A stretch of 64,000 nucleotides of DNA from an uncultured Candidatus Saccharibacteria bacterium (GTDB lineage Bacteria > Patescibacteriota > Saccharimonadia > Saccharimonadales > 2-12-FULL-41-12): NCBI GenBank assembly GCA_964615775.1, contig CAZTQB010000004.1, positions 4,624-68,623 on the forward strand, given 5' to 3'. A model generated the notes under the pieces. That model was given only the letters and a program-made list of their open reading frames with translations. It was not told the origin of the DNA and searched no databases. This document shows, piece after piece, positions 8,543-17,524 of the stretch (position 1 is the stretch's first letter; each line of letters begins with the position of its first letter). The position numbers and the translations under genes were made by a program.

Positions 8543-9334
8543 TTATTTTCCGAACTTTCGTTCCTTAAGAGTTTGCTGCCGTTTTTTGTAGTATTCTTCT
8601 CTGGTTAGCCCAAAAACTTCTTCACGACTGTTGCGGACTAATGGATACAATCTATGGTTCATTGCATCTAACACTAACTGTCCAATTTCTTTCCTTAATT
8701 GTTCACTTTTTGGATCGTATTCTCCATGTTTGAAGAGTTCAATTTTTTCTCTAATCTTTTCTTTTTTACTAGTATCTTCCTCAAGATTATACTGTTCATG
8801 AAGTCTTAAGATAGCTTCATTCTCCTCTTCTGTGTACTCTTCGTCTCTTCGCTCGGTTTTTGGTGTAGTTCCCAAGAATTGCATACTTGCTTGCGTATAG
8901 CGTTGATTAGTGGGTGGGGTATTTGGGTCGGGATCGTAAATACCTCTTCCTTCAATGCCGAATAATCCATTTTGCATGTCTTTTTTGGGATACCAAACAG
9001 GTATTTCTTTTGGTTCTGGCACATGTTCTCCGGTTGATGCATTATATTTACTAGAAGGAGCAATCCACTCGGCGGTATCAACTTCACTGCTTGGAAAAGC
9101 TAATTTAAAAAGTTTTTTTGCAACTGTCTGTGTATCTCCTGTTTCTCTCTGTTCATCGATGATTAACACTCTTTTCCCATCTAGTGTTTCGGTGCTATTT
9201 ATATGGAATATAGCTCTTAGGCCCTCAGAATCTTCTTCTGATATTGGCTTCATACCTTTTTCGCCATCAAACGGTATGGCTGGATCTTGACGCCATGTTA
9301 TTCTATCTATGTTTACAAACTTCATTTCTGGCAT
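8543..9334 (-). CDS. PRTase-like protein, C-terminal portion (PRPP-loop-like GKRVLIIDEQRETGDT) with a long charged tail
   Basis: The ORF begins 2 nt after the stop of ORF 9337-9669, in the -1 frame. The segments MKFVNIDRI and LDGKRVLIIDEQRETGDTQTVAKKL align with the HGPRT-type core. Confidence 0.5.
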   Translation of the reverse strand: MPEMKFVNIDRITWRQDPAIPFDGEKGMKPISEEDSEGLRAIFHINSTETLDGKRVLIIDEQRETGDTQTVAKKLFKLAFPSSEVDTAEWIAPSSKYNASTGEHVPEPKEIPVWYPKKDMQNGLFGIEGRGIYDPDPNTPPTNQRYTQASMQFLGTTPKTERRDEEYTEEENEAILRLHEQYNLEEDTSKKEKIREKIELFKHGEYDPKSEQLRKEIGQLVLDAMNHRLYPLVRNSREEVFGLTREEYYKKRQQTLKERKFGK

Positions 9335-9336
9335 CT

Positions 9337-9669
9337 TTATCGTATTTTTTCGCCGGTTTGTGGGTCAATTTCTTCAGGTGCTAAACTGTTCCATAGTTTT
9401 CTTGTCATCCAACTTAAGGGTCTGGCCGATTTGTCTAAGAACACTACTACGTCGTATGGTTGCTCACCCTTATTTGGATTGCCGGCGATTCTGGATATAA
9501 GCTCAGAGGTTTTACTTATATATAATTCTCTTAGTTCTTCACCTGTCTGCATCTGTGAATGGTAAGCAGTTGGTTCAAGAATTTCATAAGGCGAGCTGTG
9601 GCTAATTGTCTCCATACATTTAATGTTTTTCTTTTTTATTTTAATAACTAAGTATTGCAATAATAGCAT
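9337..9669 (-). CDS. PRTase-like protein, N-terminal portion (DVVVFLDKSARPLSWMTRKL); probably the same gene as 8543-9334, interrupted by a frameshift
   Basis: Resembles the first beta-alpha element of type I PRTases (compare vvvgiLkGsfmFmaDL). Ends at a TAA just after the A6 run. Start is ATG 9669 or ATG 9615. Confidence 0.45.
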   Translation of the reverse strand: MLLLQYLVIKIKKKNIKCMETISHSSPYEILEPTAYHSQMQTGEELRELYISKTSELISRIAGNPNKGEQPYDVVVFLDKSARPLSWMTRKLWNSLAPEEIDPQTGEKIR

Positions 9670-9681
9670 AAGTATGATTAA

Positions 9682-10008
9682 ATGTCAATAAGTATGAGAA
9701 AATATAATGTTAATTTTGATGGCCAGGAAACTAGTTTTGATAGAGTCTATGACATAACTTATGAGGCTTTTCGCGGAAAATTTCCCATCGAAGTCTATGG
9801 GCAGCATGAAGGGCTAGATATTTGGTTTGCACTTTCTGTTGCTCGAATAGTCCTCAAGCAAGCTATCTCTGATGAAAGTTTTGTTGATGGAATAGAATTC
9901 TCCGGCTTTTCTACTGGTAGTTACCTGAGTCCTGAAACTCCTTCTTTATATGTATGTAGATTTACGGATGGGGCTGAAAAGGCCTCATTGCAAATTGAAA
10001 ACGTCTAA
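9682..10008 (+). CDS. Hypothetical protein (108 aa)
   Basis: Non-overlapping ORF in a coding-dense context. No recognisable motif. Confidence 0.45.
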   Translation: MSISMRKYNVNFDGQETSFDRVYDITYEAFRGKFPIEVYGQHEGLDIWFALSVARIVLKQAISDESFVDGIEFSGFSTGSYLSPETPSLYVCRFTDGAEKASLQIENV

Positions 10009-10033
10009 AAACGATAATTAGACAAAGTAGATA

Positions 10034-10063
10034 TTGACAGGGTAGTTGGCACTCGAGTATAGT
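10034..10063 (+). promoter_or_regulatory. groESL promoter TTGACA-N18-TATAGT
   Basis: TTGACA at 10034-10039 and TATAGT at 10058-10063. Overlaps the CIRCE element. Confidence 0.65.
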
Positions 10064-10072
10064 GAGTGCTAG
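10046..10072 (+). promoter_or_regulatory. CIRCE operator (HrcA-binding inverted repeat)
   Basis: TTGGCACTC-N9-GAGTGCTAG versus the consensus TTAGCACTC-N9-GAGTGCTAA. Located upstream of groES. Confidence 0.85.
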
Positions 10073-10194
10073 TGCATTAGTGCTTATAGATCTTCGGTAT
10101 TAAATCACTGATGATTTATCTTGCGAGAAAGTGCTAGTGCATCTAACTATTTTAAAGTTTCTAAGTTTAATAACTTTCAAAAAGGAGGAGAGAT

Positions 10195-10461
10195 ATGTCA
10201 GTACCAATTAACCCGTTGGCAGATTATGTTGTGGCAGTAGCCGAAAAAGCTAGCAATAAGACGGCTAGTGGCTTTTATTTGCCAGAAAACGCTACCGAAA
10301 AGCCAAAAACTGCCGAAGTTGTAGCGGTTGGCCCAAGCGTGAAGGATATAAAAGTAAAAGACAAAATTATTTATAAAAGCTACTCTACTACTGAAGTTAA
10401 GGTTGGAAATGTTGACTATATTTTGGTGCGTCAAGAGGATGTGCTAGCGACTGTAAAATAA
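10195..10461 (+). CDS. groES: Co-chaperonin GroES
   Basis: 88 aa. PLADYVVAV...TASGFYLPE...VVAVGP. SD AAGGAGG upstream. Confidence 0.95.
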   Translation: MSVPINPLADYVVAVAEKASNKTASGFYLPENATEKPKTAEVVAVGPSVKDIKVKDKIIYKSYSTTEVKVGNVDYILVRQEDVLATVK

Positions 10462-10488
10462 TTAGAATTTAGTTAAGGAGATACGAAA

Positions 10489-12135
10489 ATGAGTAAAAAA
10501 GTATTTTATGATGAAGATGCACGCCGCCGAGTATTAGCCGGGGCAGAGATTTTGTACAATGCTGTCAAAACGACTATGGGGCCAAAGGGCCGAAATGTAG
10601 TGATTAGCAAGAGTTATGGTGGTCCAACTGTGACTCATGATGGTGTAACGGTGGCTAAAGGTGTGGAAATTGCTGATGTTGATGACGAAACTTTGGGCTA
10701 TAAAGTGGGTGCTGAGCTAATCAAGCAGGCAGCCAGCAAAATGAATGATAATGCTGGCGATGGTACTACTACTGTGACAGTACTGACTTATCATATCTTG
10801 AATGAAGCTAATAAGTTGATTGCGGCCGGCCATAATCCGATGTTGCTTCGTCGTGGTTTAGAAAAAGCTAGTGAAGATATTGCCAAAGAGCTAAATAAAA
10901 TGGCTGAAGATATCAAATCTAATAAAAAGCGGGTTGCAGAAGTAGCTACAATATCGGCTGGTGATAGTGAGATTGGTGAGTTGATTGCTGATGTGATTGC
11001 CAAAGTTGGTAAAGATGGTGTGGTTACGGTTGAGCAAGGCCAGGGTCTGGGGCTAGAGAGTGAAGTGGTAGAAGGATTTACTATGGATCGTGGCTTTATA
11101 AGTCCGTATATGGTAACTGACGCTACGCGAATGGAGGCTGTATTAGATAAGCCGGCAATTGTGATAACAGACAAGAAAATTAGTTCAATTCAAGAATTTT
11201 TGCCAATTTTAGAGAAATTGGCTCAAGTTGGTAAAAAAGACGTATTTGTAATTGCCGAAGATGTAGAGGGTGAGGCACTTGGTACATTGGTGCTAAATAA
11301 ATTAAAAGGTGTTTTGAATGTAGTCACGGTTAAAGCACCAAGTTTTGGCGACAAACGTAAAGAAATCTTGTCTGACATCGCAGTTTTGACTGGCGGACAA
11401 GTAGTTAGCGAAGACCAAGGTATGACTTTTGACAATGTTGATGAGTCGGTTTTTGGTTCTGCTCGTAAAGTGATTGTCGGTAAAGATAGTACTACTATTA
11501 TCGAGGGAGCTGGCAAAGCTAGCGATGTAACTAAGCGTATGAGTCAGATTGAAGCTCAAGCGGCAAATGCTACCTCAAACTATGACCGTGATGGATTAAA
11601 TGAACGAAAAGCTGCTTTGTCTGGTAAAGTAGCAGTTATAAAAGTAGGTGGTGCTACAGAAACCGAGATAGAAGAGAAGAAATTCCGCGTTGACGACGCG
11701 GTGGCCGCAGTTAAGGCAGCACTTGAAGAAGGAATTGTGCCAGGTGGAGGCGTTACGCTAGTTAACTTGGTGTCTGCTACTAAACTGGCATCTAATGACG
11801 AAGTTCTGTTTGGTCAAACTATCTTGTTTAGGGCTTTAGAGCAACCGTTTAGGATTATTCTTGAAAATGCTGGTCTTAACCCTGACGAGTGGTTACCGCA
11901 AGTTAAGAAGGGCAAAGCTGGCTATGGCATAGATGTCAATAACCCAAGTAAGTTGGTCGATATGAAGTCAGCCGGAGTAGTAGACCCAGTTAGAGTTACT
12001 CGACAAGCTATTCAAAATTCGGTGTCCATTGCTGGTACGGCTATGACTATGGGTGCATTAGTGGTTGATGTACCGGAGCCAAAAACGGCTGCCCCAGATA
12101 TGTCTGGTATGGGTGGCGGCATGGGCATGATGTAG
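10489..12135 (+). CDS. groEL: Chaperonin GroEL
   Basis: 548 aa. GPKGRNVV, AGDGTTT and the C-terminal GGM repeat (MSGMGGGMGMM). Confidence 0.98.
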   Translation: MSKKVFYDEDARRRVLAGAEILYNAVKTTMGPKGRNVVISKSYGGPTVTHDGVTVAKGVEIADVDDETLGYKVGAELIKQAASKMNDNAGDGTTTVTVLTYHILNEANKLIAAGHNPMLLRRGLEKASEDIAKELNKMAEDIKSNKKRVAEVATISAGDSEIGELIADVIAKVGKDGVVTVEQGQGLGLESEVVEGFTMDRGFISPYMVTDATRMEAVLDKPAIVITDKKISSIQEFLPILEKLAQVGKKDVFVIAEDVEGEALGTLVLNKLKGVLNVVTVKAPSFGDKRKEILSDIAVLTGGQVVSEDQGMTFDNVDESVFGSARKVIVGKDSTTIIEGAGKASDVTKRMSQIEAQAANATSNYDRDGLNERKAALSGKVAVIKVGGATETEIEEKKFRVDDAVAAVKAALEEGIVPGGGVTLVNLVSATKLASNDEVLFGQTILFRALEQPFRIILENAGLNPDEWLPQVKKGKAGYGIDVNNPSKLVDMKSAGVVDPVRVTRQAIQNSVSIAGTAMTMGALVVDVPEPKTAAPDMSGMGGGMGMM

Positions 12136-12170
12136 TTTAAGTCAAAGAAATCGGCCTTAATTTTAGGTAA

Positions 12171-12213
12171 AAAATACTGCTTTTGGAGCTGCCAGAAGCA
12201 GTATTTTCTTTTT
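12171..12213 (+). terminator. Intrinsic terminator after groEL
   Basis: 16-bp stem AAAATACTGCTTTTGG / CCAGAAGCAGTATTTT (one G-U pair), followed by CTTTTT. Confidence 0.8.
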
Positions 12214-12279
12214 AAATGCATCAGAATACTTGCGTAAAATGTAATTATGTAGTACAATACTGTTAATCAAGGAACTTAT

Positions 12280-12789
12280 ATGGCATTGTTTAGACAAAAT
12301 AAAACTCAGCGTACGGTCTTACCAGAAGAGGTAAACGATTATTATAAAGCCCAGAAACGTGAGCGAACTGGTGTGGCTTTGATGCTTGGTTTGGCAGCTT
12401 TGATAGCAACACTGATAGTCGGTTTTGCACTGTTTTTCGGTGGTAGATGGGTTTATCAAAAAATTAGCGGTAAAAACAAGACTCCAACTGCAATAATTGA
12501 CGATAAAAAGGCATCCGACAAGTCGGCTAACGATAAATCAAGCGACAAATCGTCAAGTAGTAGCCAAGATAACAGTAGCTCAACGAGCGGTACCTCTTCG
12601 TCTAATAGCTCGGCCGGCTCTAATTCTAGTACTTCTCAGGCCAATGGCGGCTCTGGTGGTGCATCAAGTTCGGCTTCGACTACAAATAGCGGTGGAGGTG
12701 CAGCTAACAATTCTGGAAGTACAACAACTCCAGCTTTAGGCGACGAACCAACTTCTCCGTTGCCACACACCGGTGACGAAGGTCACTAA
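12280..12789 (+). CDS. Membrane-anchored Ser-rich low-complexity protein ending in ...PLPHTGDEGH
   Basis: N-terminal TM GVALMLGLAALIATLIVGFALFFGG and a Ser/Gly/Asn-rich region. SD AAGGAA upstream. Confidence 0.55.
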   Translation: MALFRQNKTQRTVLPEEVNDYYKAQKRERTGVALMLGLAALIATLIVGFALFFGGRWVYQKISGKNKTPTAIIDDKKASDKSANDKSSDKSSSSSQDNSSSTSGTSSSNSSAGSNSSTSQANGGSGGASSSASTTNSGGGAANNSGSTTTPALGDEPTSPLPHTGDEGH

Positions 12790-12842
12790 TTAGATTTTAA
12801 GCAATTTTAAGAGCTAAGCTTTCTGGTTTTACTAAGTAAGTT

Positions 12843-13355
12843 TTAGCTATTTTGGCCGTGATGTTGAGAAAAGTAATTGATTTCGTTAACAATAGCCAGT
12901 AGAGCCTCAGCTTTTGCTTTCTCATCAGAAATTTGATTAGCTGCTTCGTAAGCTTCTTTGATAAGTTCATGATTGTCGGAAGCCTGGATAAGCATCATAA
13001 GTGTTTTGTAGCGCTCTTCGGGTTGTTGGCTGAGCTGACTCACTAGAGGCGATAGCTGATTAAGAGCTTGCACCTTGATATCCGATAGTTGATCTAGATT
13101 AGCAGGCGAGACGCCACTAACTGAAGTAGTAGATGATTGACTAACTGGGCTATCTTCTTCTAGGCCTTGCTCATTGTTATCATCTTGGTTAGGTAAGGTC
13201 GGCGTTTGACTGGGCTGGCTAGGTAGAACTGGGCTGAAAGTTGTGGGATTATTGCCAAGTCCAATCTGTGGACTGGCGTCATTTATATCATTTGCAACTT
13301 GATCCATGTCTGTTTTTGGGCTTTGACTTTGGTCGTCGGATTTATTATTGAACAT
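12843..13355 (-). CDS. Hypothetical protein: disordered Pro/Gln/Ser-rich N-terminal half, helical C-terminal half
   Basis: SD AAGGAG 6 nt upstream. No family motif recognised. Confidence 0.55.
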   Translation of the reverse strand: MFNNKSDDQSQSPKTDMDQVANDINDASPQIGLGNNPTTFSPVLPSQPSQTPTLPNQDDNNEQGLEEDSPVSQSSTTSVSGVSPANLDQLSDIKVQALNQLSPLVSQLSQQPEERYKTLMMLIQASDNHELIKEAYEAANQISDEKAKAEALLAIVNEINYFSQHHGQNS

Positions 13356-13475
13356 ACCACTCCTTTATTTGTTCATTTTGAAACACATTTATATGCTATT
13401 TATTTTAACAATTTTAACCATAAGCGACAAATCTAAATGTTTTGACGTTATAATAAAGTATATAAAAGGAGGATT

Positions 13476-14510
13476 ATGTCAGTATTAGATAATTTAAAAA
13501 TGATACATGAACGCGACGTTCAGGATGCTTTGGGTGTGGCATTAAATCAATGGCAGCAGCTAAAAGAAAGCTATGATTTGCCAATTATAGAGGAAGAATT
13601 TGAAAATATAGTTTATGCCGGCATGGGGGGTTCATCATTGTCGGCCTCATTGAGTCAGACTTGGCCAGGCTATAGTTTGCCGTTTGAAGTCTGCCGGACT
13701 TATGATATCCCTCGTTATGTGAATGACAAGACATTTTTTATCTGTTGTAGCTTTAGCGGGAATACTGAAGAGACTTTGTCGGCTTTGGCTCAGGCAGAGG
13801 CGAAGGGTGCAAAGATTGTAGTTATCACCAATGGTGGAAAATTAGCGACGATTGCCGAGGAAAAAGGCTATCCGTTAGCAAAGCTGCCTGATATTCCGCA
13901 ACCACGTTATGCTACATTGGCAATTTTGAAAGCAGTGATTGAAGCTTTAGCGGCAGCTAATCTTTGCCCTAAATCTTGCATAAATGAGCTTGAAGATTAT
14001 GCCGATGAGCTAAAAACTCAACTAGATAACTATCGTCCAGATGTGCTTACGGTAGATAACCCGACCAAGCAGCTAGCTCTTGAGTTGGCTGGTAGTTCGC
14101 CAGTAGTTTATGCCAGTAGCTTGTTTTATTCGGTGGCTTATAAATGGAAGATTAGTTTTAATGAAAATGCCAAAAATGTAGCGTGGTGTAATGCCTATCC
14201 AGAGTTTAATCATAATGAGTTTTTGGGCTGGTCATCTCATCCAGAAAATAAGCCGTATAAGGTAGTAAACTTGGTCAGTAGTTTTGATCATCCACAGATA
14301 CTGAAACGGTTCGAGATATCTGATCGACTTTTGAGTGGCAAAAAACCAGCTGCAGAGACAGTCAATCTAGTGGGTGATAATATTATGAAACAGATGATTT
14401 ATGGCACAACTTTTGGCGATTTTGTAAGCCTGTACTTGGCTCTGATTAATGGCCTTAATCCGTCGCCGGTTGACCTAATCGAGAAACTAAAACAGGAGCT
14501 AAAAAAATAA
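13476..14510 (+). CDS. pgi: Bifunctional phosphoglucose/phosphomannose isomerase (SIS domain)
   Basis: GMGGSSLSA and CSFSGNTEETL SIS motifs. Length and C-terminal region are typical of the archaeal/bacterial PGI-PMI family. SD AAGGAGG. Confidence 0.85.
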   Translation: MSVLDNLKMIHERDVQDALGVALNQWQQLKESYDLPIIEEEFENIVYAGMGGSSLSASLSQTWPGYSLPFEVCRTYDIPRYVNDKTFFICCSFSGNTEETLSALAQAEAKGAKIVVITNGGKLATIAEEKGYPLAKLPDIPQPRYATLAILKAVIEALAAANLCPKSCINELEDYADELKTQLDNYRPDVLTVDNPTKQLALELAGSSPVVYASSLFYSVAYKWKISFNENAKNVAWCNAYPEFNHNEFLGWSSHPENKPYKVVNLVSSFDHPQILKRFEISDRLLSGKKPAAETVNLVGDNIMKQMIYGTTFGDFVSLYLALINGLNPSPVDLIEKLKQELKK

Positions 14511-14551
14511 GATTTTTTAGACTAAAAAAAATAACAAAGCGGCAAAACCAC

Positions 14552-15190
14552 TTGTTATTAAGCCTAATTTGGCTAATTTTATTGCCAATTCTGTTGCTTG
14601 CTGCTCGTATGATTGAGAGTGGCAGCGATCGGTATGTTTTTATGCTTTGGAATTTAACACTAGCAGTCATACCTCTGTTCCTGGCGATTTGGCTTAAAGT
14701 AATATCTAAAAATAAACTTTTTATTACGCCAAAATGGTTAGTGATTTTTGGCCTGTGGTTAGTGGTTTTGCCAAATAGTTTTTATATGGTGACTGATCTA
14801 CTTCACCTACGTAAAACTCAGGAAGTCAGTCTAATATATGATGTTATTTTGCTAGAATCATTTATTGCTTCGGGGCTGATTCTGGGTTTAATAAGTCTAT
14901 TTTTGGTTCATAGAGTTCTGCAAAAACACTTTTCTGGTCATCGTTCAAATGTGATTATGATAATTATTTTGGCGTTGGTGAGTTTTGCGATTTATCTGGG
15001 GCGTTACTCGCGTTGGAATAGCTGGGATTTACTGTTTAGCCCAATGGGTTTGATTTTTGATGTTAGTGATCAGATTGTTGATCCGCTTGCCAATAAATCT
15101 ACTTATATTGTGACAATTTTATTTTTTCTATTTTTATCGTCAATTTATTGGGTAGTTTATGAGTTGGCTGGGATGCTATCGAAGAAGTAA
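14552..15190 (+). CDS. DUF1361-family membrane protein
   Basis: LWNLTLAVIPL, PNSFYMVTDLLHL and SRWNSWDL motifs with multiple TM helices. The TTG start is uncertain. Confidence 0.65.
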   Translation: MLLSLIWLILLPILLLAARMIESGSDRYVFMLWNLTLAVIPLFLAIWLKVISKNKLFITPKWLVIFGLWLVVLPNSFYMVTDLLHLRKTQEVSLIYDVILLESFIASGLILGLISLFLVHRVLQKHFSGHRSNVIMIIILALVSFAIYLGRYSRWNSWDLLFSPMGLIFDVSDQIVDPLANKSTYIVTILFFLFLSSIYWVVYELAGMLSKK

Positions 15191-15215
15191 GTTACCACAA
15201 CTAAGAAACTGTCTC

Positions 15216-15224
15216 TGTTATAAT
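15216..15224 (+). promoter_or_regulatory. Extended -10 box TGTTATAAT, 7 nt upstream of the argS ATG (leaderless-type)
   Basis: TATAAT at 15219-15224, gap tgttact, ATG at 15232. No SD. Confidence 0.6.
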
Positions 15225-15231
15225 TGTTACT

Positions 15232-16896
15232 ATGTTAGATAAAATTAACGGGGTTTTGATGAATGCAGTTCAGAAACTGTACTGCGAGACTATGGAAGCT
15301 AGCTTTGCAAGATCGGATCACTGCGATTTTGCCAGTAATATAGCTATGCAGCTTAGTGGCAAGCTAGGTAAAAACCCTATAGACATTGCTGAGCAGTTGC
15401 GTGCCGAAATTTCAGAGAACTCTTTTTTTAGCAGAATAGAAGTTGCTGGACCGGGCTTTTTGAATGTTTGGCTAAGTGACGAAGTGTTAATTCAAGCATT
15501 AGACTCAGACGGAATGACTGTTTTTGACATAAATGATGGAAATGGTGGTGCAGTTTTGCTTGAATATTCTTGCCCAAATGCTTTTAAGGAACTTCATACC
15601 GGACATCTCTATCAAACATTGATTGGCGATAGCATGGGACGGATTTATGAATTTTTGGGCGTAAAGGTTTATAGAACTAGCTTTGGTGGTGATGTGGGTT
15701 TGCATGCCGCAAAGTGTATGTGGGGGATTTTACAAGCTCTTGGTGGTGAAAATCTTACCAAATTGACAGAGGTAGAAGACCATGCGGCTTGGATTTCGGC
15801 AGCTTACGTGGTAGGGTCCAAGGCTTACGAAGAAGATGAGTTTGTAAAAGCCGAAATAGACAATCTAAACAAAAAAATCTATGGTTTGCATGAATCTGGT
15901 GATATAGTATCTGATTTTGCTCAGATTTATTTTACGACGAGGCAGTGGAGTTATGATTATTTTGATAAATTTTATGCTGATATAGATGTAGTTGCGTTTG
16001 ATAAATATTATCCAGAAAGTGTGACTTCTGGTCCTGGGTTAGAGGTCGTTAGTCAAAATTTGGTTGATGTTTTTAGTGAGAGTGAAGGGGCGGTAGTATT
16101 AGATGAAGCCAAGTCTGGTCTACATACTAGGGTGTTTGTGACTTCGGCTGGTTTGCCGACTTACGAGACTAAAGATTTAGGTGTTGTTAGGCTGGAAAAT
16201 CAGGACTTTAATTACGAGAAGCGAATTATTATGACTGGCAATGACCAATCGGAGTACATGAAGGTAGTTTTTAAGGCACTCGAGCTGATTGACCCTGTGT
16301 TGGCGGCTAAGCAAAGGCATATTGCAAATGGCACAGTTAAATTCGCTAACGGCCAAAAAATGAGTTCTAGATTAGGTAATGTAACCAAGGCAACAGATGT
16401 AATTGAGGCAGTTAGTTTGGCTATGTCGGCCGGAGACCAAGCAGTAAAAAAAGACATGGTGCTAGGTGCAATTAAATATTCGCTGCTAAAAAGCAAGGTA
16501 GGCGGTGATATTGCTTTTGATATAGAAAAATCGATTAGCGTCGAAGGTAACAGTGGACCTTATATGCAGTATGCTCTGGCTCGAGCTAACTCGGTACTTG
16601 CTAAAGCCAAAAAACGAGGGAGTATACCAAAAGAATTAACAGATGGCGAACGGAATTTTGCCCTTAAATTGACTGATTTTGGTCAGGCAATAGAAGTAGC
16701 AATTAAAGATTTTTCACCGCATCACGTTGCTAGTTTCTTGTATGACTTAGCTCAAGAGTTTAATCGTTTTTACGAAAAAAATCGGATTATTGATGATCAA
16801 CGAGAAGTCGAGAGGTTATTTTTGGTAAACAAGTATCAAAAAATTCTAAAACAGGGCTTGGAACTACTTGGTGTACCAACTCCGGAAAAAATATGA
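15232..16896 (+). CDS. argS: Arginine--tRNA ligase
   Basis: HTGHL (HIGH) motif, MSSRLGN in the KMSKS position, and a C-terminal DALR anticodon-binding region (ASFLYDLAQEFNRFYE). Confidence 0.93.
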   Translation: MLDKINGVLMNAVQKLYCETMEASFARSDHCDFASNIAMQLSGKLGKNPIDIAEQLRAEISENSFFSRIEVAGPGFLNVWLSDEVLIQALDSDGMTVFDINDGNGGAVLLEYSCPNAFKELHTGHLYQTLIGDSMGRIYEFLGVKVYRTSFGGDVGLHAAKCMWGILQALGGENLTKLTEVEDHAAWISAAYVVGSKAYEEDEFVKAEIDNLNKKIYGLHESGDIVSDFAQIYFTTRQWSYDYFDKFYADIDVVAFDKYYPESVTSGPGLEVVSQNLVDVFSESEGAVVLDEAKSGLHTRVFVTSAGLPTYETKDLGVVRLENQDFNYEKRIIMTGNDQSEYMKVVFKALELIDPVLAAKQRHIANGTVKFANGQKMSSRLGNVTKATDVIEAVSLAMSAGDQAVKKDMVLGAIKYSLLKSKVGGDIAFDIEKSISVEGNSGPYMQYALARANSVLAKAKKRGSIPKELTDGERNFALKLTDFGQAIEVAIKDFSPHHVASFLYDLAQEFNRFYEKNRIIDDQREVERLFLVNKYQKILKQGLELLGVPTPEKI

Positions 16897-17519
16897 AAAA
16901 TAAAGTAGTGATTTTTGATTTTGACGGTACTCTGGCCGATGTAGTGCCAATTTTTCGTAAAATTTATAGCAACCTTGCACTGCAATATAATCTACCGGAG
17001 ATATCGGACCAAGACTTTTTAGAGCTACGCAAGAAAAATCTAAAACAAGCTCTAAAATGGGTTGGCATAAGGTATTGGCAGCTACCTGGTATATTAAATA
17101 AGGGTCGCACAATGTTCGCCAAACACAAAAAAGAGGCTAAGCTTTTTGACGGTATGACTGATATTGTTAACAAGTTACATAGTAATGGTTGCGAGGTTTA
17201 CGTGTTGAGTTCTAATAGCGAGAGTACTATAAAATGTGTACTGGAACGCTACGGTATTGACAACAAAATTATAATCCTGCGTCGGCCTAGTTTGCTTGGT
17301 AAATCTGGCAGTATAAATAAGTTAGTTAAGTCCAGAAAATATAGTAAAGCTGACGTATGGATGATAGGCGATGAAGTTCGCGATGTTGATGCTGGCAATA
17401 AGGCTAAAGTTAACACTATATCTGTTAGTTGGGGCCTACAAGATGGCTCACTACTGGCTCAACACAAGCCAACACACCTGGTAAATACAGTTGCTGAGCT
17501 TAAGAAATTATTAATTTAG
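16893..17519 (+). CDS. HAD-family hydrolase (phosphatase-like)
   Basis: Canonical motif I VVIFDFDGTLAD, motif IV-like MIGDEVRDVDAG, and an ATGA overlap with the argS stop. Confidence 0.8.
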   Translation: MKNKVVIFDFDGTLADVVPIFRKIYSNLALQYNLPEISDQDFLELRKKNLKQALKWVGIRYWQLPGILNKGRTMFAKHKKEAKLFDGMTDIVNKLHSNGCEVYVLSSNSESTIKCVLERYGIDNKIIILRRPSLLGKSGSINKLVKSRKYSKADVWMIGDEVRDVDAGNKAKVNTISVSWGLQDGSLLAQHKPTHLVNTVAELKKLLI

Positions 17520-17524
17520 TTGGG

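Noticed and set aside
10791-11559. Minus-strand ORFs antisense to groEL (10791-11174, 11223-11516, 11302-11559), and 12012-12257
   Set aside because: These are shadow ORFs opposite a highly conserved gene. Their Ser/Thr/Pro-rich translations are characteristic of antisense frames.
12497-12739. Alternative-frame ORF within the Ser-rich gene 12280-12789
   Set aside because: It overlaps on the same strand inside a low-complexity repeat region. The main frame has an SD, a TM anchor and a sensible start, so the alternative frame is a by-product of the repeat composition.
12757-12789. LPHTG near the C-terminus of the Ser-rich protein, considered as a sortase (LPXTG) sorting signal
   Set aside because: A functional sorting signal needs a hydrophobic segment and a basic tail after LPXTG. 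Here only DEGH follows before the stop, and read-through frames hit stops quickly. The match is probably fortuitous. It would be worth revisiting only if homologues carry a full sorting signal.
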